Of a stretch of DNA of 64,000 nucleotides, positions 46,200 through 57,414 are shown one piece after another. Position 1 is the first letter of the stretch, and each line of letters starts with the position of its first letter. A model generated the notes under the pieces. It worked only from the letters and a program-made list of their open reading frames with translations. It was not told the DNA's origin and did no database searches. The stretch lies in assembly GCA_943367825.1 (NCBI GenBank), contig CALRKF020000002.1, positions 54,249-118,248 on the forward strand. Reading direction: 5' to 3'. The position numbers and the translations under genes are program-made. This stretch comes from Chitinophaga pinensis (GTDB lineage: Bacteria > Bacteroidota > Bacteroidia > Chitinophagales > Chitinophagaceae).

Positions 46200-47261
46200 A
46201 TGCAAACAAATTCATTTCTACTCTATGGAGCCAATGGCTACACAGGCAAATTAATAGCACGCTATGCAAATGAATACCAACTTAAGCCAATACTAGCCGG
46301 AAGAACCCAAGCGCTTATCGAACCTTTGGCAAAAGAGCTGAACCTGCCTTTTCTTATTATTGATTTGGATAACAAGCCATCGCTTATTGAGGCACTGAAA
46401 TCTGTAAAGCTAGTTATCCATGCTGCTGGCCCATTTCAATTCACTGCCCGGCAAATGATTGAAGCTTGCCTGCAAACAGGTACCCACTATATCGATATCA
46501 ATGGTGATATAGCAGTATTTGAAATGATTCAATCCTGTCATGAAGCGGCCGTAAATGCGGGTATTTTATTAATGCCCGGCGCTGGATTTGATGTAGTGCC
46601 TACTGATTGTATTGCAATGGCATTAAAAAATAAAATGCCAGATGCCGTATCATTGGAATTGGCATTTGCAACACTGGGGGGAGCAATATCGCATGGAACG
46701 GCTATGACCATGGCAGGTAAATTAGGAGAAGGCGGAGCTGCCAGAGTGGGTGGAAAAATTATTCGTACCAACTTAGGACATACTGGTAAATGGATTGACT
46801 TTGGAATCAAAAAAATATTTGTGATGAGCATACCCTGGGGAGATATTTCTACTGCCTGGTTCAGCACCCGCATCCCTAATATCACTACCTATACCGGCAT
46901 TAAGCCATTTGTATATGTACTATTGAAACTCCAGCCCTTATTTAACTGGTTGCTGCGTACCAACTGGATGCGCAATTACATTAAAAAGAAGATTAATCAA
47001 CGTCCCGCCGGTCCAACTGATGAACAAAGGGCCAAAGCCATTAGCTTGGTTTGGGGTCAGGCAACAGATGCAAAGGGAAAAACAATCAGCTTACGGATAA
47101 GCGCACCCGAAGGGTATACGCTTACAACGCATAGCTCCTTATTGATTGCCAAAAAAATTCTCAGTGCTGAAGTAAAAACAGGCTATCAAACACCTGCAAC
47201 TGCTTATGGAGAAGGATTAATAGATGAAATACCAGGTGTACAACGGCTGGACAAACTTTAA
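46200..47261 (+). CDS. Saccharopine-dehydrogenase-like NADP-binding oxidoreductase
   Basis: LYGANGYTG, AGR, HAAGPF, HYIDINGD, GFDVVP.D and GYQTPA. Confidence 0.88.
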   Translation: MQTNSFLLYGANGYTGKLIARYANEYQLKPILAGRTQALIEPLAKELNLPFLIIDLDNKPSLIEALKSVKLVIHAAGPFQFTARQMIEACLQTGTHYIDINGDIAVFEMIQSCHEAAVNAGILLMPGAGFDVVPTDCIAMALKNKMPDAVSLELAFATLGGAISHGTAMTMAGKLGEGGAARVGGKIIRTNLGHTGKWIDFGIKKIFVMSIPWGDISTAWFSTRIPNITTYTGIKPFVYVLLKLQPLFNWLLRTNWMRNYIKKKINQRPAGPTDEQRAKAISLVWGQATDAKGKTISLRISAPEGYTLTTHSSLLIAKKILSAEVKTGYQTPATAYGEGLIDEIPGVQRLDKL

Positions 47262-47291
47262 CCCTGTTTACATTTTTTTAATATCAACCAT

Positions 47292-49013
47292 TTATTGTTT
47301 GATAAAAACAGTTTCCCCAATTCTTCTCCCTTTGTCAAAGAGATTTAGGAAATAAAGTCCGGCAGGAAAATCAGCCACCTGAGTATTAATTATGGATTGC
47401 CCTGACCTAATTTGACTCGTAAATATTTTTATTTCATGCCCGTCGCTGTTGTAAATTTTAGCAACTACAAATAGGTCATTTGCTGTGGTGCATTTTACAG
47501 AAAGCAAATCATGAACAGGATTGGGATACACACTCAACAGCAATGCAGGAACGTATTTATTAATAGCAATAATATTCGAATAAATAGTTCTTCCACTAAT
47601 ATCTACTTCCCTTAAGCGATAGTAATTAAGGCCGGCTGTTGGTTGTTTATCAATCATTGCATAATCCGTTCTGGTATTTGAATTATGAAATGTGCTGGGC
47701 ACCCTACCAATAGAACTGAAATGCTGGCCATCCAATGATCTTTCAATATCGAAATAATTGACCGACATTTCCTGTGCGGTGGCCCACTGTAATCCAATGC
47801 CTTCTTTGATTTCTTTTCCCGTGAAAGAAATTAAATCAATTGGAATAATTGTCAACGTTCTGGTAACCCAAATAGGAGAGGTCCAAATAATATCTCCATC
47901 CGTCTCCGTAATTTTTACAAAATAATAATACTGATCCCCAATATTAGTGGGATGTACATAGTTGAAAGTATTGCTACTAGTGGAGGAACTCAGTATTGTA
48001 GCGTTGAATCCAGAACCGGGAACACCATAATACAGTTCAATTTTATTGATAGGGTCAGCCGCACCAACATTATTCATGGCATCCACAATATTCACTGATA
48101 CAGATGTATTGAGATCGGTATTGATACTGGTGCCCATGACAGTGCCGTTAATAGTAAAATTTACCTGCGCATCCCAGTCATCGGAAGAATAATAACGCAT
48201 AGCCTTATACGCAGCCATAATACTATCCCTTTTTAGAGTGGTTGCCAATGCAACTGTTCGGGTATGATTGGTTCTCCCAAAAGTTGTATAATGGTTATCA
48301 TGATCTGCAGTAGGACCAACATGGTAACCCTTTGCCAATGCTTTTAAATAGGAAGATTCATATAAAGTAGGTGCAACATCAGAATAATCGGTGGTAACGG
48401 ACATAGCCGAACCACTTCTTATCGCCACGCCTGCTATTGCATTATCGGCAGTAGCAGAATAGGCAAGTGTGCCTAATAAATCGTTGTAATCGCCGTTTTG
48501 AGGATGCGCCAATGTGCAAAAAGCTGTGGGGTAAGAATTGATAATTGGCCAGAAACTGATATAGTCAGATTTTGCACAAAAGATATCATAGTTATTAGAA
48601 TTACCCCATGCCCCAGTTCCTGATTCCCATCCAACCAATGAAGGCATACCATAAGTAACTACATGCCCACCATTACTTATTACGCCCCATTCAAAACCAA
48701 ACATGCAAACAAAAGTCCCATCAACATTTGCAGTGTCTGCCTGTAATAATCCCTTACTATAATCTGCCACATGCATACCAGGATTATTATTGGAGCTATA
48801 ATGATTGTGTTCTGATATACCCAGATAATCCATATGATAACTACTTTTCGCAAAGTAGAAATCCTGACCAGGGTAAAAGCAGCCCGTGGTGGCACTGTCT
48901 TTATTCCCATCTGAATAAGAAGTATGCGCATGTATATTGCCAAAATAAAAATTGTATTGGCAATGGGCACTGAATGTAAAAATTAAAAAAACAATGACTA
49001 TGGTTGATTTCAT
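47292..49013 (-). CDS. T9SS-secreted PHP-family (CehA/McbA-like) metallohydrolase
   Basis: GNIHAHTSYSDG, GISEHNH, FEW..GHV, LAHP and ADHDNH, then Ig-like domain, PIDLISF segment and type A CTD (VYPNP..GLYFL..FIKQ). Confidence 0.82.
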   Translation of the reverse strand: MKSTIVIVFLIFTFSAHCQYNFYFGNIHAHTSYSDGNKDSATTGCFYPGQDFYFAKSSYHMDYLGISEHNHYSSNNNPGMHVADYSKGLLQADTANVDGTFVCMFGFEWGVISNGGHVVTYGMPSLVGWESGTGAWGNSNNYDIFCAKSDYISFWPIINSYPTAFCTLAHPQNGDYNDLLGTLAYSATADNAIAGVAIRSGSAMSVTTDYSDVAPTLYESSYLKALAKGYHVGPTADHDNHYTTFGRTNHTRTVALATTLKRDSIMAAYKAMRYYSSDDWDAQVNFTINGTVMGTSINTDLNTSVSVNIVDAMNNVGAADPINKIELYYGVPGSGFNATILSSSTSSNTFNYVHPTNIGDQYYYFVKITETDGDIIWTSPIWVTRTLTIIPIDLISFTGKEIKEGIGLQWATAQEMSVNYFDIERSLDGQHFSSIGRVPSTFHNSNTRTDYAMIDKQPTAGLNYYRLREVDISGRTIYSNIIAINKYVPALLLSVYPNPVHDLLSVKCTTANDLFVVAKIYNSDGHEIKIFTSQIRSGQSIINTQVADFPAGLYFLNLFDKGRRIGETVFIKQ

Positions 49014-49117
49014 TTCACCGAACATTTATTCGGTGTCTTTCCTGGTAGCTTGAACAGTTAAAGTTAGTTAAATCTACATTGAACAAGCTAATTCAATTAC
49101 CAAATTCTTTGTAGCAC

Positions 49118-49855
49118 TTATTTTACAAATGGCAGCATTTTCGGAGTTAACATTGCAGCCCATTTGGCGTATTCGAGCCCCGATGGATGTAATCCATCAG
49201 CAGCAACTAATGAAGGATCAACACTGGCCAATCTGCTGGAACTAGTTATGTCTGTATAATCGATACCTTGCCTAACACAAATATCTTTATTGATAGCATT
49301 AAACTGATCAATCTCCATCCCTATCTGGATCGCATTACTCATTCCAAACGGTGTAGCGCCATAATCAGGAATACTCAATACAAAAACTCGATTAGCTCGA
49401 TTGCCACTATAGGCAATGGCCTTATTCAAACATTGGGTAAATTGTATTCTATATTCGGCTGTATCTCTGTGTTGAAACTGATTGTTTACACCAATTAATA
49501 ATGTAACCAAATCATAGGTCCCAGCTAAACTAGCCCCATTGATAGCATTCAATAAATTTTGTGTTGTCCATCCAGTTTGTGCAATAATTTCGGCTGGATA
49601 TTTCATGGCAACGCCATCTGCCCTTAATCTTACAATGGTTTGATTAACGAAACGATCGGTTGCTGGTACAGATTGTCCATAGGTATAACTATCGCCAAGT
49701 GCAAGTAATCGCAAATTGCCGGAATCGGTAAAAGCAGGATTTCCATTGTTGACTACCCGTGTTGACGAATGTCCTGATTGCTTAGTACAGGAGTTAAAAA
49801 CAAATAATCCCATGCCTAATAGCAGGAAAAATAATTGCTGATATCGTTGAATCAT
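49118..49855 (-). CDS. SGNH/GDSL hydrolase lipoprotein
   Basis: Lipobox FNS-C, ALGDSYT, GWTT, IGVNN and DGLHPS. Start 49855 preferred over 49924. Confidence 0.9.
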   Translation of the reverse strand: MIQRYQQLFFLLLGMGLFVFNSCTKQSGHSSTRVVNNGNPAFTDSGNLRLLALGDSYTYGQSVPATDRFVNQTIVRLRADGVAMKYPAEIIAQTGWTTQNLLNAINGASLAGTYDLVTLLIGVNNQFQHRDTAEYRIQFTQCLNKAIAYSGNRANRVFVLSIPDYGATPFGMSNAIQIGMEIDQFNAINKDICVRQGIDYTDITSSSRLASVDPSLVAADGLHPSGLEYAKWAAMLTPKMLPFVK

Positions 49856-49972
49856 AAAATTCATATAACCAATGCTTTCTAACAAAAACATGGAATAATT
49901 GTTTTGAAATAAGGTGTATTTCAAAAAATGGCAACAAAGAAAAGGCGGGATATGAAAAAATTAATGCCTTTT

Positions 49973-51514
49973 TTATAATGGAATATTCCCATGTTTTTTT
50001 CTGGGCCTTTTGGCGACCTTGTTCTCCAACATGGCATATGCCTTAATTAATTTTGTACGGGTATCTTTCGGCTCTATAACTTCATCAATAAAACCTCTTT
50101 CAGCTGCGAGGTATGGCGTAGCAAATTTTTCGGCATAAGCCGCTTCTTTTTCTAATAGTTTTTTAGCAGGGTCTTCTGCTTCCGCTATTTCTTTTTTGAA
50201 AATGATTTCGCTGGCGCCCTTGGCACCCATGACGGCAATTTCGGCACTGGGCCAGGCATAATTCATATCGGCACCAATATGTTTTGAATTCATCACATCG
50301 TAGGCACCACCATAAGCCTTTCGTGTTATAACCGTTACTCTCGGCACTGTTGCTTCACTCAATGCATATAATAATTTAGCTCCGTTGGTAATAATACCAT
50401 TCCACTCCTGATCTGTTCCTGGTAAAAATCCAGGCACATCCACCAGCACTAATAATGGTATATTAAAGCAATCGCAGAACCGTGTGAATCTTGCTCCTTT
50501 CTTAGAACTATCAATATCTAACACCCCAGCCAGACAAAGTGGTTGGTTGGCTACAATTCCAATACTTCTACCGGCTAACCTGGCAAAACCTACCACTATG
50601 TTTTCTGCATAATTTTTGTGTACCTCAAAAAAACTATCCGCATCACATATACCATTAATTACAGTGCGCATATCGTAAGGCTGATGTGTATTGGCAGGAA
50701 TAATTGTCTCTAAGTTTGGTCTGGTTTCATCTACCAATGTATAAGGTAATTTTAAAACTATGTCCTCACAATTCTGGGGTAGATAACTTAATAACTTTTT
50801 AATCTGCAGAATACAATCCATGTCATTGGATGCAGTAAGATGAGTTACTCCCGACTTCACCGAATGGGTAGACGCACCACCCAATTCCTCAGCACTCACT
50901 TCCTCATTGGTGACCGTTTTTACAACATTAGGTCCGGTAACAAACATATAACTAGTATGTTCCACCATGATGGTAAAATCAGTGATGGCTGGAGAATAAA
51001 CAGCGCCACCTGCACAGGGGCCCATGATGGCAGATATTTGAGGGATAACACCAGAAGACAACACATTGCGGTAAAAAATATCAGCATATCCTCCGAGTGA
51101 ACGAACACCTTCCTGAATACGTGCGCCACCAGAATCATTGAGTCCAACAAGCGGTGCACCAGTTTTCATGGCAAGGTCCATAATCTTACAAATTTTTTCT
51201 GCATGCGTTTCCGATAAAGCGCCACCAAAAACGGTGAAGTCTTGCGCAAATACATATAACAATCTGCCGTTGACAGTACCATATCCTGTTATTACACCAT
51301 CTCCATAATATTGCTGATCTTCCATTCCAAAATCCTTGGTACGGTGCAAGACCAATGCGCCAATTTCTTCAAAACTACCTTCATCCATTAACAGGTATAT
51401 GCGTTCTCTTGCCGTAAGTTTTCCTTTCTTATGCTGTGTACTATTTCTTGCTTCTCCACCACCCTGCTTTCCTACCTCCAATTTTTCTCTGAGTATTTCA
51501 ATTCTTGATTTCAT
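49973..51514 (-). CDS. pccB: Acyl-CoA (propionyl-CoA-type) carboxylase carboxyltransferase beta subunit
   Basis: [44 protein letters not shown] and KKHGNIPL. Confidence 0.9.
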   Translation of the reverse strand: MKSRIEILREKLEVGKQGGGEARNSTQHKKGKLTARERIYLLMDEGSFEEIGALVLHRTKDFGMEDQQYYGDGVITGYGTVNGRLLYVFAQDFTVFGGALSETHAEKICKIMDLAMKTGAPLVGLNDSGGARIQEGVRSLGGYADIFYRNVLSSGVIPQISAIMGPCAGGAVYSPAITDFTIMVEHTSYMFVTGPNVVKTVTNEEVSAEELGGASTHSVKSGVTHLTASNDMDCILQIKKLLSYLPQNCEDIVLKLPYTLVDETRPNLETIIPANTHQPYDMRTVINGICDADSFFEVHKNYAENIVVGFARLAGRSIGIVANQPLCLAGVLDIDSSKKGARFTRFCDCFNIPLLVLVDVPGFLPGTDQEWNGIITNGAKLLYALSEATVPRVTVITRKAYGGAYDVMNSKHIGADMNYAWPSAEIAVMGAKGASEIIFKKEIAEAEDPAKKLLEKEAAYAEKFATPYLAAERGFIDEVIEPKDTRTKLIKAYAMLENKVAKRPRKKHGNIPL

Positions 51515-51567
51515 GTAATGCTATTTTTCATTCTTTAATAAGTGATGTCAATGGACCTCAGATAATA

Positions 51568-53040
51568 TTATGCTAGTCTTCTTTTCCAACTGGTTGTTTT
51601 ATGCTCAACTGGGCGGGCAATCGCCAATTGCTCCTTCCAATATTTCAAGGCTACTAAGGATGCAATCGCAGCATGCGCCCTTTGCTTTTCTACCAATGCC
51701 TCAGGAGTGTAATAATTCTTTACAAAATGTGTATCAAATTTTCCTGACACAAAAGCATCGTGCTCAAATACAAATGTTCCAAAGGTCAGTGTAGTAGCTA
51801 CCCCTTCTATTCTGTAAAGGCGAATCGCTTCCTTCATTTTTTGAATGGCTTCGTTTCGGTCTTTCCCATGAGTGGCCAATTTGGCAATCATTGGATCATA
51901 ATAAATTGGAATAGCCATTCCTTCTTCATAACCATCATCCACCCTTATTCCTTCGCCAATAGGCTTTTCGTATTTAGTAAGTGTTCCTATGGAAGGAAGA
52001 AAATTATTTAATGGATCTTCTGCATATACTCTCAATTCCAAGGCGTGCCCGTTAATTTGTAAATCATCTTGTGAAAAACTGAGTTTTTCGCCGCGTGCAA
52101 TTTTTATTTGTTCTGCTACCAGATCAATCCCAGTAATCATCTCCGTTACTGGATGTTCAACCTGCAAGCGGGTGTTCATTTCGAGGAAATAAAAATTCAA
52201 TTCCGCATCCATTAAAAATTCTACTGTACCGGTGCTGGTATAGTTGCAGGATTTTGCTACCATAACGGCTGCTTCTCCCATTTTTTTTCTTAACGCAGGA
52301 GTAAGTATCGAAGAGGGGGATTCTTCAACAACCTTCTGGTGCCTTCGCTGAATGCTGCATTCTCTTTCAAACAAGTGTACAACATTTCCATACTGATCGG
52401 CCAATACCTGTATTTCCACATGACGGGGCGAACTCACATACTTTTCAATGAAGACTGAACCATCTCCAAAAGAAGATTTTGCTTCACTAACGGCCCTTTG
52501 CATTTGTTCTTCTAGATCAGCTTCTTTTTCTACAATTCTCATTCCCTTGCCTCCTCCACCTGCAGAGGCTTTGATAAGTATCGGGTATCCTACTTGTGCA
52601 GCAATTTTTTTTGCTAGCACTACATCCTCAATGGCTTCATCAATGCCTGGCACCATGGGAATATTATATTTTTTCACGCACTCTTTTGCTGCCAATTTAG
52701 AACCCATGATACGCATGGCAGCAGCATCCGGTCCTATGAATACAATACCTGCTTCCTTTACAGCCTGGGCAAATGTTGCGTTTTCACTTAAAAATCCATA
52801 ACCAGGATGAATGCCATCTACCTGTAATGATTTTGCCAAGGCTATTATTTTTTCTCCATTCAGATAGGATTGTGCAGAGGGAGCAGGTCCCAAACAAACT
52901 GCTTCATCTGCATAGAGTACATGCGGACTTTTTCTATCTGCTTCAGAAAAAACTGCGACCGATTGAATGCCCATCGCACGAATGGTTCTCATTATTCTTA
53001 AGGCAATTTCGCCCCGGTTGGCTACTAATATTTTTTGCAT
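51568..53040 (-). CDS. accC: Biotin carboxylase subunit
   Basis: ANRGEIA, HPGYGFLSEN, KASAGGGGKGMR, RECSIQRRHQK, EMNTRLQVEH and YDPMIAK. Confidence 0.93.
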   Translation of the reverse strand: MQKILVANRGEIALRIMRTIRAMGIQSVAVFSEADRKSPHVLYADEAVCLGPAPSAQSYLNGEKIIALAKSLQVDGIHPGYGFLSENATFAQAVKEAGIVFIGPDAAAMRIMGSKLAAKECVKKYNIPMVPGIDEAIEDVVLAKKIAAQVGYPILIKASAGGGGKGMRIVEKEADLEEQMQRAVSEAKSSFGDGSVFIEKYVSSPRHVEIQVLADQYGNVVHLFERECSIQRRHQKVVEESPSSILTPALRKKMGEAAVMVAKSCNYTSTGTVEFLMDAELNFYFLEMNTRLQVEHPVTEMITGIDLVAEQIKIARGEKLSFSQDDLQINGHALELRVYAEDPLNNFLPSIGTLTKYEKPIGEGIRVDDGYEEGMAIPIYYDPMIAKLATHGKDRNEAIQKMKEAIRLYRIEGVATTLTFGTFVFEHDAFVSGKFDTHFVKNYYTPEALVEKQRAHAAIASLVALKYWKEQLAIARPVEHKTTSWKRRLA

Positions 53041-53075
53041 AAGATAAATTTATCTCTGTCTAATCAATTAATTAT

Positions 53076-53552
53076 TTACTCCAACTCAATCAACAATTGA
53101 CCTTTTTCAACAGCCTGGCCCGCAGTAACAGCTATTCTTTTAATGATGGCATTGGTTGGAAGTATGATGCTATTCTCCATTTTCATCGCTTCTAATACCA
53201 ATAATTTATGGCCTGCTTCTACCGATTCCCCCGCCTTTACGGCAATCTCCAAAACCAATCCTGGCATTGGTGCTTTGATTTCTTTAATTTGTTTTTCTGT
53301 GCTTTTTCCAAACCCCATACTATCCAACATGCTATCCAGTTCATCTTTGATGATTACTTCGTAACGAACGCCTTCCAATTCAACGAAAATTTTTTTTGCC
53401 ATCAAATCTGCACTTTTAACGGCAGCTTTTATGGAAGAATGATTGGATAGTACATGGTAATGTGCAGGTCCAATTTTCTCAATATCTGCCTGTTGAAGCG
53501 TTTCATCTGTATAGGCAAATTCAAAATCATTGGCTTTTACTGTATACTTCAT
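53076..53552 (-). CDS. Biotin carboxyl carrier protein
   Basis: IKAPMPG and biotinylation motif EAMKME. Confidence 0.95.
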   Translation of the reverse strand: MKYTVKANDFEFAYTDETLQQADIEKIGPAHYHVLSNHSSIKAAVKSADLMAKKIFVELEGVRYEVIIKDELDSMLDSMGFGKSTEKQIKEIKAPMPGLVLEIAVKAGESVEAGHKLLVLEAMKMENSIILPTNAIIKRIAVTAGQAVEKGQLLIELE

Positions 53553-53616
53553 AATTATTTAAATTAAATCATACATAAAAAATGGAGAAAAAAAAGTGGA
53601 ATGAAATTTTAGATAG

Positions 53617-54117
53617 TCAATGGCTCATTGAAACAAAGTCTGTTCTACTATATGTGCCAGGTGAAGCGTGCTCCCCTTCTTTGAATCGAATATCGACAAA
53701 ATTGACGCCACTAATTTCAGTGAGATTATAGGTCACTTCTGCCAAATAGGAATCTGCTCCATAGGAGCCCATTTGACGGGTGAGATAAGTGCTTTTCCGA
53801 ATAGCAATAAACACGGTGTCTTGAGATTGACGAACTGAATCAAGTTTTATTTCAGGATATGTCTCATTCAATAAATTTAGGATAGCACTCACCGTTAGTG
53901 AGTCCTTTGAAATTGGGCGTGTACGAATCATTGTTATACCCTTCTTTGCATTGGGGTCGGGCTCCCATAAATAGTGTTCATCCGTTTTAATATTGGGCGA
54001 ATCTGATTTAATAACAAAATCAGCTTCCTTTACTGCAGCGGCTTCTTTATCGGCTGTTTTTGTATTACACTGTAGCAAAAACAAGCAAGCAAAAATAGAA
54101 AGCAATCCAAATTTCAT
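53617..54117 (-). CDS. Lipoprotein of unknown function, GerMN-like C-terminus
   Basis: Lipobox LLQ-C; EVTYNLTEISGVNFVDIRF resembles the GerMN core. Confidence 0.6.
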   Translation of the reverse strand: MKFGLLSIFACLFLLQCNTKTADKEAAAVKEADFVIKSDSPNIKTDEHYLWEPDPNAKKGITMIRTRPISKDSLTVSAILNLLNETYPEIKLDSVRQSQDTVFIAIRKSTYLTRQMGSYGADSYLAEVTYNLTEISGVNFVDIRFKEGEHASPGTYSRTDFVSMSH

Positions 54118-54267
54118 AGCATTTTTTTTAACATCGTTGAACTGAATGCAGACAACAGCAGCCACTATACATTAAAATCATTCAGTAGATAAAGTTAAGA
54201 CTCTGTTGATTACCCGAAAATGATTCCCGTCATTATTGGCAATTTATTATCAAATGCTGGGGTATAT

Positions 54268-54825
54268 TTATTTGAGATGACGTAAATCCAAGGAAGGATC
54301 CTGCCCCTTAATTTCAGTGAAAAACGCAAGAATCGATTGCATGTCCGCTTCCTCAGAATCGCCAGGCCAGCAGGGGCTACCTATACGTAATAACTTATTT
54401 TCAAAATCGAGTCCAATTGGTACGATGGGCACTTTTGCGGCTTTTGCGATATAATAAAAACCTGACTTTAATTTGTCTACTTTTTTCCTTGTTCCCTCCG
54501 GTGCAATCCCTACAATAAATCGTTCATTTGCTTCAAAAGCAGCTGCAACCTGACTAACCATTCCATGCTTACTCGATCTATCTACGGGTGTGCCACCTAA
54601 CCATTTGAATAACCAACCAAATGGACCATCAAACAACTCTTTTTTCCCAACAAATTTTGCGTGGTGAATATTTAAGGCATTTCTAGCAGCAAATCCTACC
54701 AGTATATCTTTCCAACTAGTATGAGGGCCCACAGCCAAAACCATTTTTTTATACTCATAAGGGAAAGAACCAGCTATTTTCCATCCTGATAATTTCCAAT
54801 ACAATTTCCAAAACAAGCGAAGCAT
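54268..54825 (-). CDS. 1-acyl-sn-glycerol-3-phosphate acyltransferase family
   Basis: PHTSWKD (HX4D), GGTPVDR and PEGTR. Confidence 0.92.
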   Translation of the reverse strand: MLRLFWKLYWKLSGWKIAGSFPYEYKKMVLAVGPHTSWKDILVGFAARNALNIHHAKFVGKKELFDGPFGWLFKWLGGTPVDRSSKHGMVSQVAAAFEANERFIVGIAPEGTRKKVDKLKSGFYYIAKAAKVPIVPIGLDFENKLLRIGSPCWPGDSEEADMQSILAFFTEIKGQDPSLDLRHLK

Positions 54826-54879
54826 ATGGTAAGTTAAGTATAAACTAGGAATTGGTTTGATTAAAAAAATGGCTAGAGA

Positions 54880-57414
54880 CTACCTCCCATTATATTGACT
54901 AATCAATGTGTTTACTGATACCCTTACTTCTTTATTTGCCTCAGTATTGGGCAATAATTGAAGGTATTTTTGTAAATATTGTGTAGCTCTATTGACCTGA
55001 CCCATTTTATATTCTAGCAAACCAGCGTATAAATATACGATAGGCCAATCAGATGGATTTTCTTTTTCAATTAGGGTCTTAGCATAATTGCAGATTTGAA
55101 GCGCTGTAGTATAGGAGGTTTCTGGGTTAACCTGCTCAATCGCTTTTTGTACTGCTGCTAAGTAGAAATTGATATAATATGCATGCAAAATCGGATGATC
55201 TATTGATTTTGCATAATCAAACAGCACTTTATTATGATCTAATATGGTAGCAATGAATTGCTGATCCAATTGGCGATACATTCCAGTTGAAAAGAGCATT
55301 CTTTCTTCAGTTGTATCCAACCTTACACCATTACCAATCAATAAGCTAGCAGTTTTGCAATTTCTTTCAGCAAGAATTGGTGCTGTCTCTTTATTTTCTA
55401 TATACCGGTGAAGTACAGTTTTTATCAGGCTAATGGAGTCCCCAGTTTCTATAGCATAAGAATTGGCATTTAAATCCAGCCCAGCATTAATCAACAGTTC
55501 GATAAGGATTGGATCAATTGAAGATTTACAAATGACATGAGCAAATGTTTCACCAAATGGATTTCTACTATTAGGATCTGCGCCATTTTCCAACATAAAT
55601 GACAGCAAGGAAGCCTTGGCATTATCCTCAATAACATTATTTCCAACCAAAAAAATAACTGGATCTCTTCCTTCTATTGTAGCATTGATATCAGCACCTT
55701 GTTCTACTAATAAATCCAATATGCTGGAATCTTTTTGATTTATGATAGCTGCTTCCAATAAAGTTTGCTGCAAAGTATCCTTCACATTAACCTTGGCTCC
55801 ATATTGAAAAAGCAAAGCCATTCTTTGTAAACTTTCTTCAGTAGGTAAATCCAGGGCCCGAAATAGCGGCGGTTGTCCTTCGCTATTTTTCGCATTGGGA
55901 TCTGCACCATAAATTAACAAGAGCCTAACGGCTTCTTCGGATCCAAATGAAATTGCGCTATGAAGCAATGGGTTTTTATTTTCATCCAGCATATTTGGAT
56001 CCAAATCTTTTTGTAATCTTTTATATAAAGCAACTGTATCATTCATCTCAATTAGCTGCAATGGACTTGCTGCTCCTGTGATAGTAAAACCTGCACTATA
56101 CATTTCATTGCCATCTAGTAATAGTTTAACGGTATACTTGCCCGGATAAAAAGCACCAGCTTTTTTATCGCCGCAAGAAAAACGCACCACCTGTTTGATA
56201 ATGCCGGGTTTATATTTCAATAGTTGAACATCCCCAATAAAAGTTCTGCCATTTTCATGATACCAATTCAGCATTATCTCATGATCCTGTTGCTGTGCTT
56301 TATTTTCATTTTGTATTACAAGTTCACAGGAAATAAATCTCGTGACTTTTTTATCAAAGCTCGACGCAAATGCTTTTTTAGCATAAGCAGGCGGACCCGT
56401 TTCGTAAAAATTAGCACTTATTACTTTGAATGGTATTATTGGCCTAGCCACTGACTGAGTTCCTATTGCACTATTTTCCCTAATACGCCCAATATGATTT
56501 ACCATTGCCAACCCTAGTGTACCTTCGAAAAAAATATAAAGTTTGTCGTTTTGATAGGCCAGAGAATTGCCTGCATTGTTTAAAAAATGTATGGTAGTTC
56601 GATTATAGTAACTCGTAGAATAATCAGTGGAATAGTATATTCCACCCTGTTCATCCATTAGTATTTGCACAATTTCGGCATTCGGATATACGGGAACAGG
56701 CATGGGCAGGGTATCCTTTACCGACATACTCAACATTGTATTTCCAATAGCCAAAAAATGCTGGTATCCGTTACCGGTAGCTGCAGTTATTTTTTCCTTA
56801 GAAGTATACACTTTCCTAAACCCCCAGGAATTAGATGTATACTCTGGCGTTAAGCTATCGATGGCAGATTGAAGTACGTATACCGCATAACATACATTTG
56901 CCGAATCATACCCTATTAAATATAAGCTATTATTCAAGCCTTTACTCATATGGCAATTCGACATGGGCAAAGCACTAATAGGCTGAAACATTACTACCTG
57001 ACTATCCACTTTAAAAGAAGTGGTGATTGGTAACAGAATACCCAATTCATTTTCTGTTGTTATAAAAAGGCTTCCATTATCGGAATGAACCATATCTACA
57101 GGCGAGGCAGAAATTAAAAATCGATACCCTTTTACAGGATTCATAATATGATTTTGCTGATACAGAATCCAGGGGTCACCCATTTTGTCAATTGAAAATT
57201 TAATCTTAGTAGCATTTCCCCTAATATTTGTTACTCTTTCTTCCTGCAAAGGAGGAAGCACCCAGCTAACATTAATTAAACTATCCTTTTCCGGCAAAAT
57301 GAGCGTGGCGCCTGCTAATAGGTCTTCTATCTTAGTTTTTTGGGCATGTACTGGGCTACTGATCAACATAACCACCATTAGCATTACTAGCAATATAGAA
57401 TTAGATTTTATCAT
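54880..57414 (-). CDS. Large exported protein: beta-propeller-like + Ig-like + about 6 ankyrin repeats + terminal TPR-like helix pair
   Basis: Signal ending VHA-Q; xDxxGxL(Y/W)I blade motifs; GADPN/GADIN ankyrin repeats with PLLH.A-type starts; YAGLLEYKMGQ..A.QYLQKYL. Confidence 0.75.
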   Translation of the reverse strand: MIKSNSILLVMLMVVMLISSPVHAQKTKIEDLLAGATLILPEKDSLINVSWVLPPLQEERVTNIRGNATKIKFSIDKMGDPWILYQQNHIMNPVKGYRFLISASPVDMVHSDNGSLFITTENELGILLPITTSFKVDSQVVMFQPISALPMSNCHMSKGLNNSLYLIGYDSANVCYAVYVLQSAIDSLTPEYTSNSWGFRKVYTSKEKITAATGNGYQHFLAIGNTMLSMSVKDTLPMPVPVYPNAEIVQILMDEQGGIYYSTDYSTSYYNRTTIHFLNNAGNSLAYQNDKLYIFFEGTLGLAMVNHIGRIRENSAIGTQSVARPIIPFKVISANFYETGPPAYAKKAFASSFDKKVTRFISCELVIQNENKAQQQDHEIMLNWYHENGRTFIGDVQLLKYKPGIIKQVVRFSCGDKKAGAFYPGKYTVKLLLDGNEMYSAGFTITGAASPLQLIEMNDTVALYKRLQKDLDPNMLDENKNPLLHSAISFGSEEAVRLLLIYGADPNAKNSEGQPPLFRALDLPTEESLQRMALLFQYGAKVNVKDTLQQTLLEAAIINQKDSSILDLLVEQGADINATIEGRDPVIFLVGNNVIEDNAKASLLSFMLENGADPNSRNPFGETFAHVICKSSIDPILIELLINAGLDLNANSYAIETGDSISLIKTVLHRYIENKETAPILAERNCKTASLLIGNGVRLDTTEERMLFSTGMYRQLDQQFIATILDHNKVLFDYAKSIDHPILHAYYINFYLAAVQKAIEQVNPETSYTTALQICNYAKTLIEKENPSDWPIVYLYAGLLEYKMGQVNRATQYLQKYLQLLPNTEANKEVRVSVNTLISQYNGR

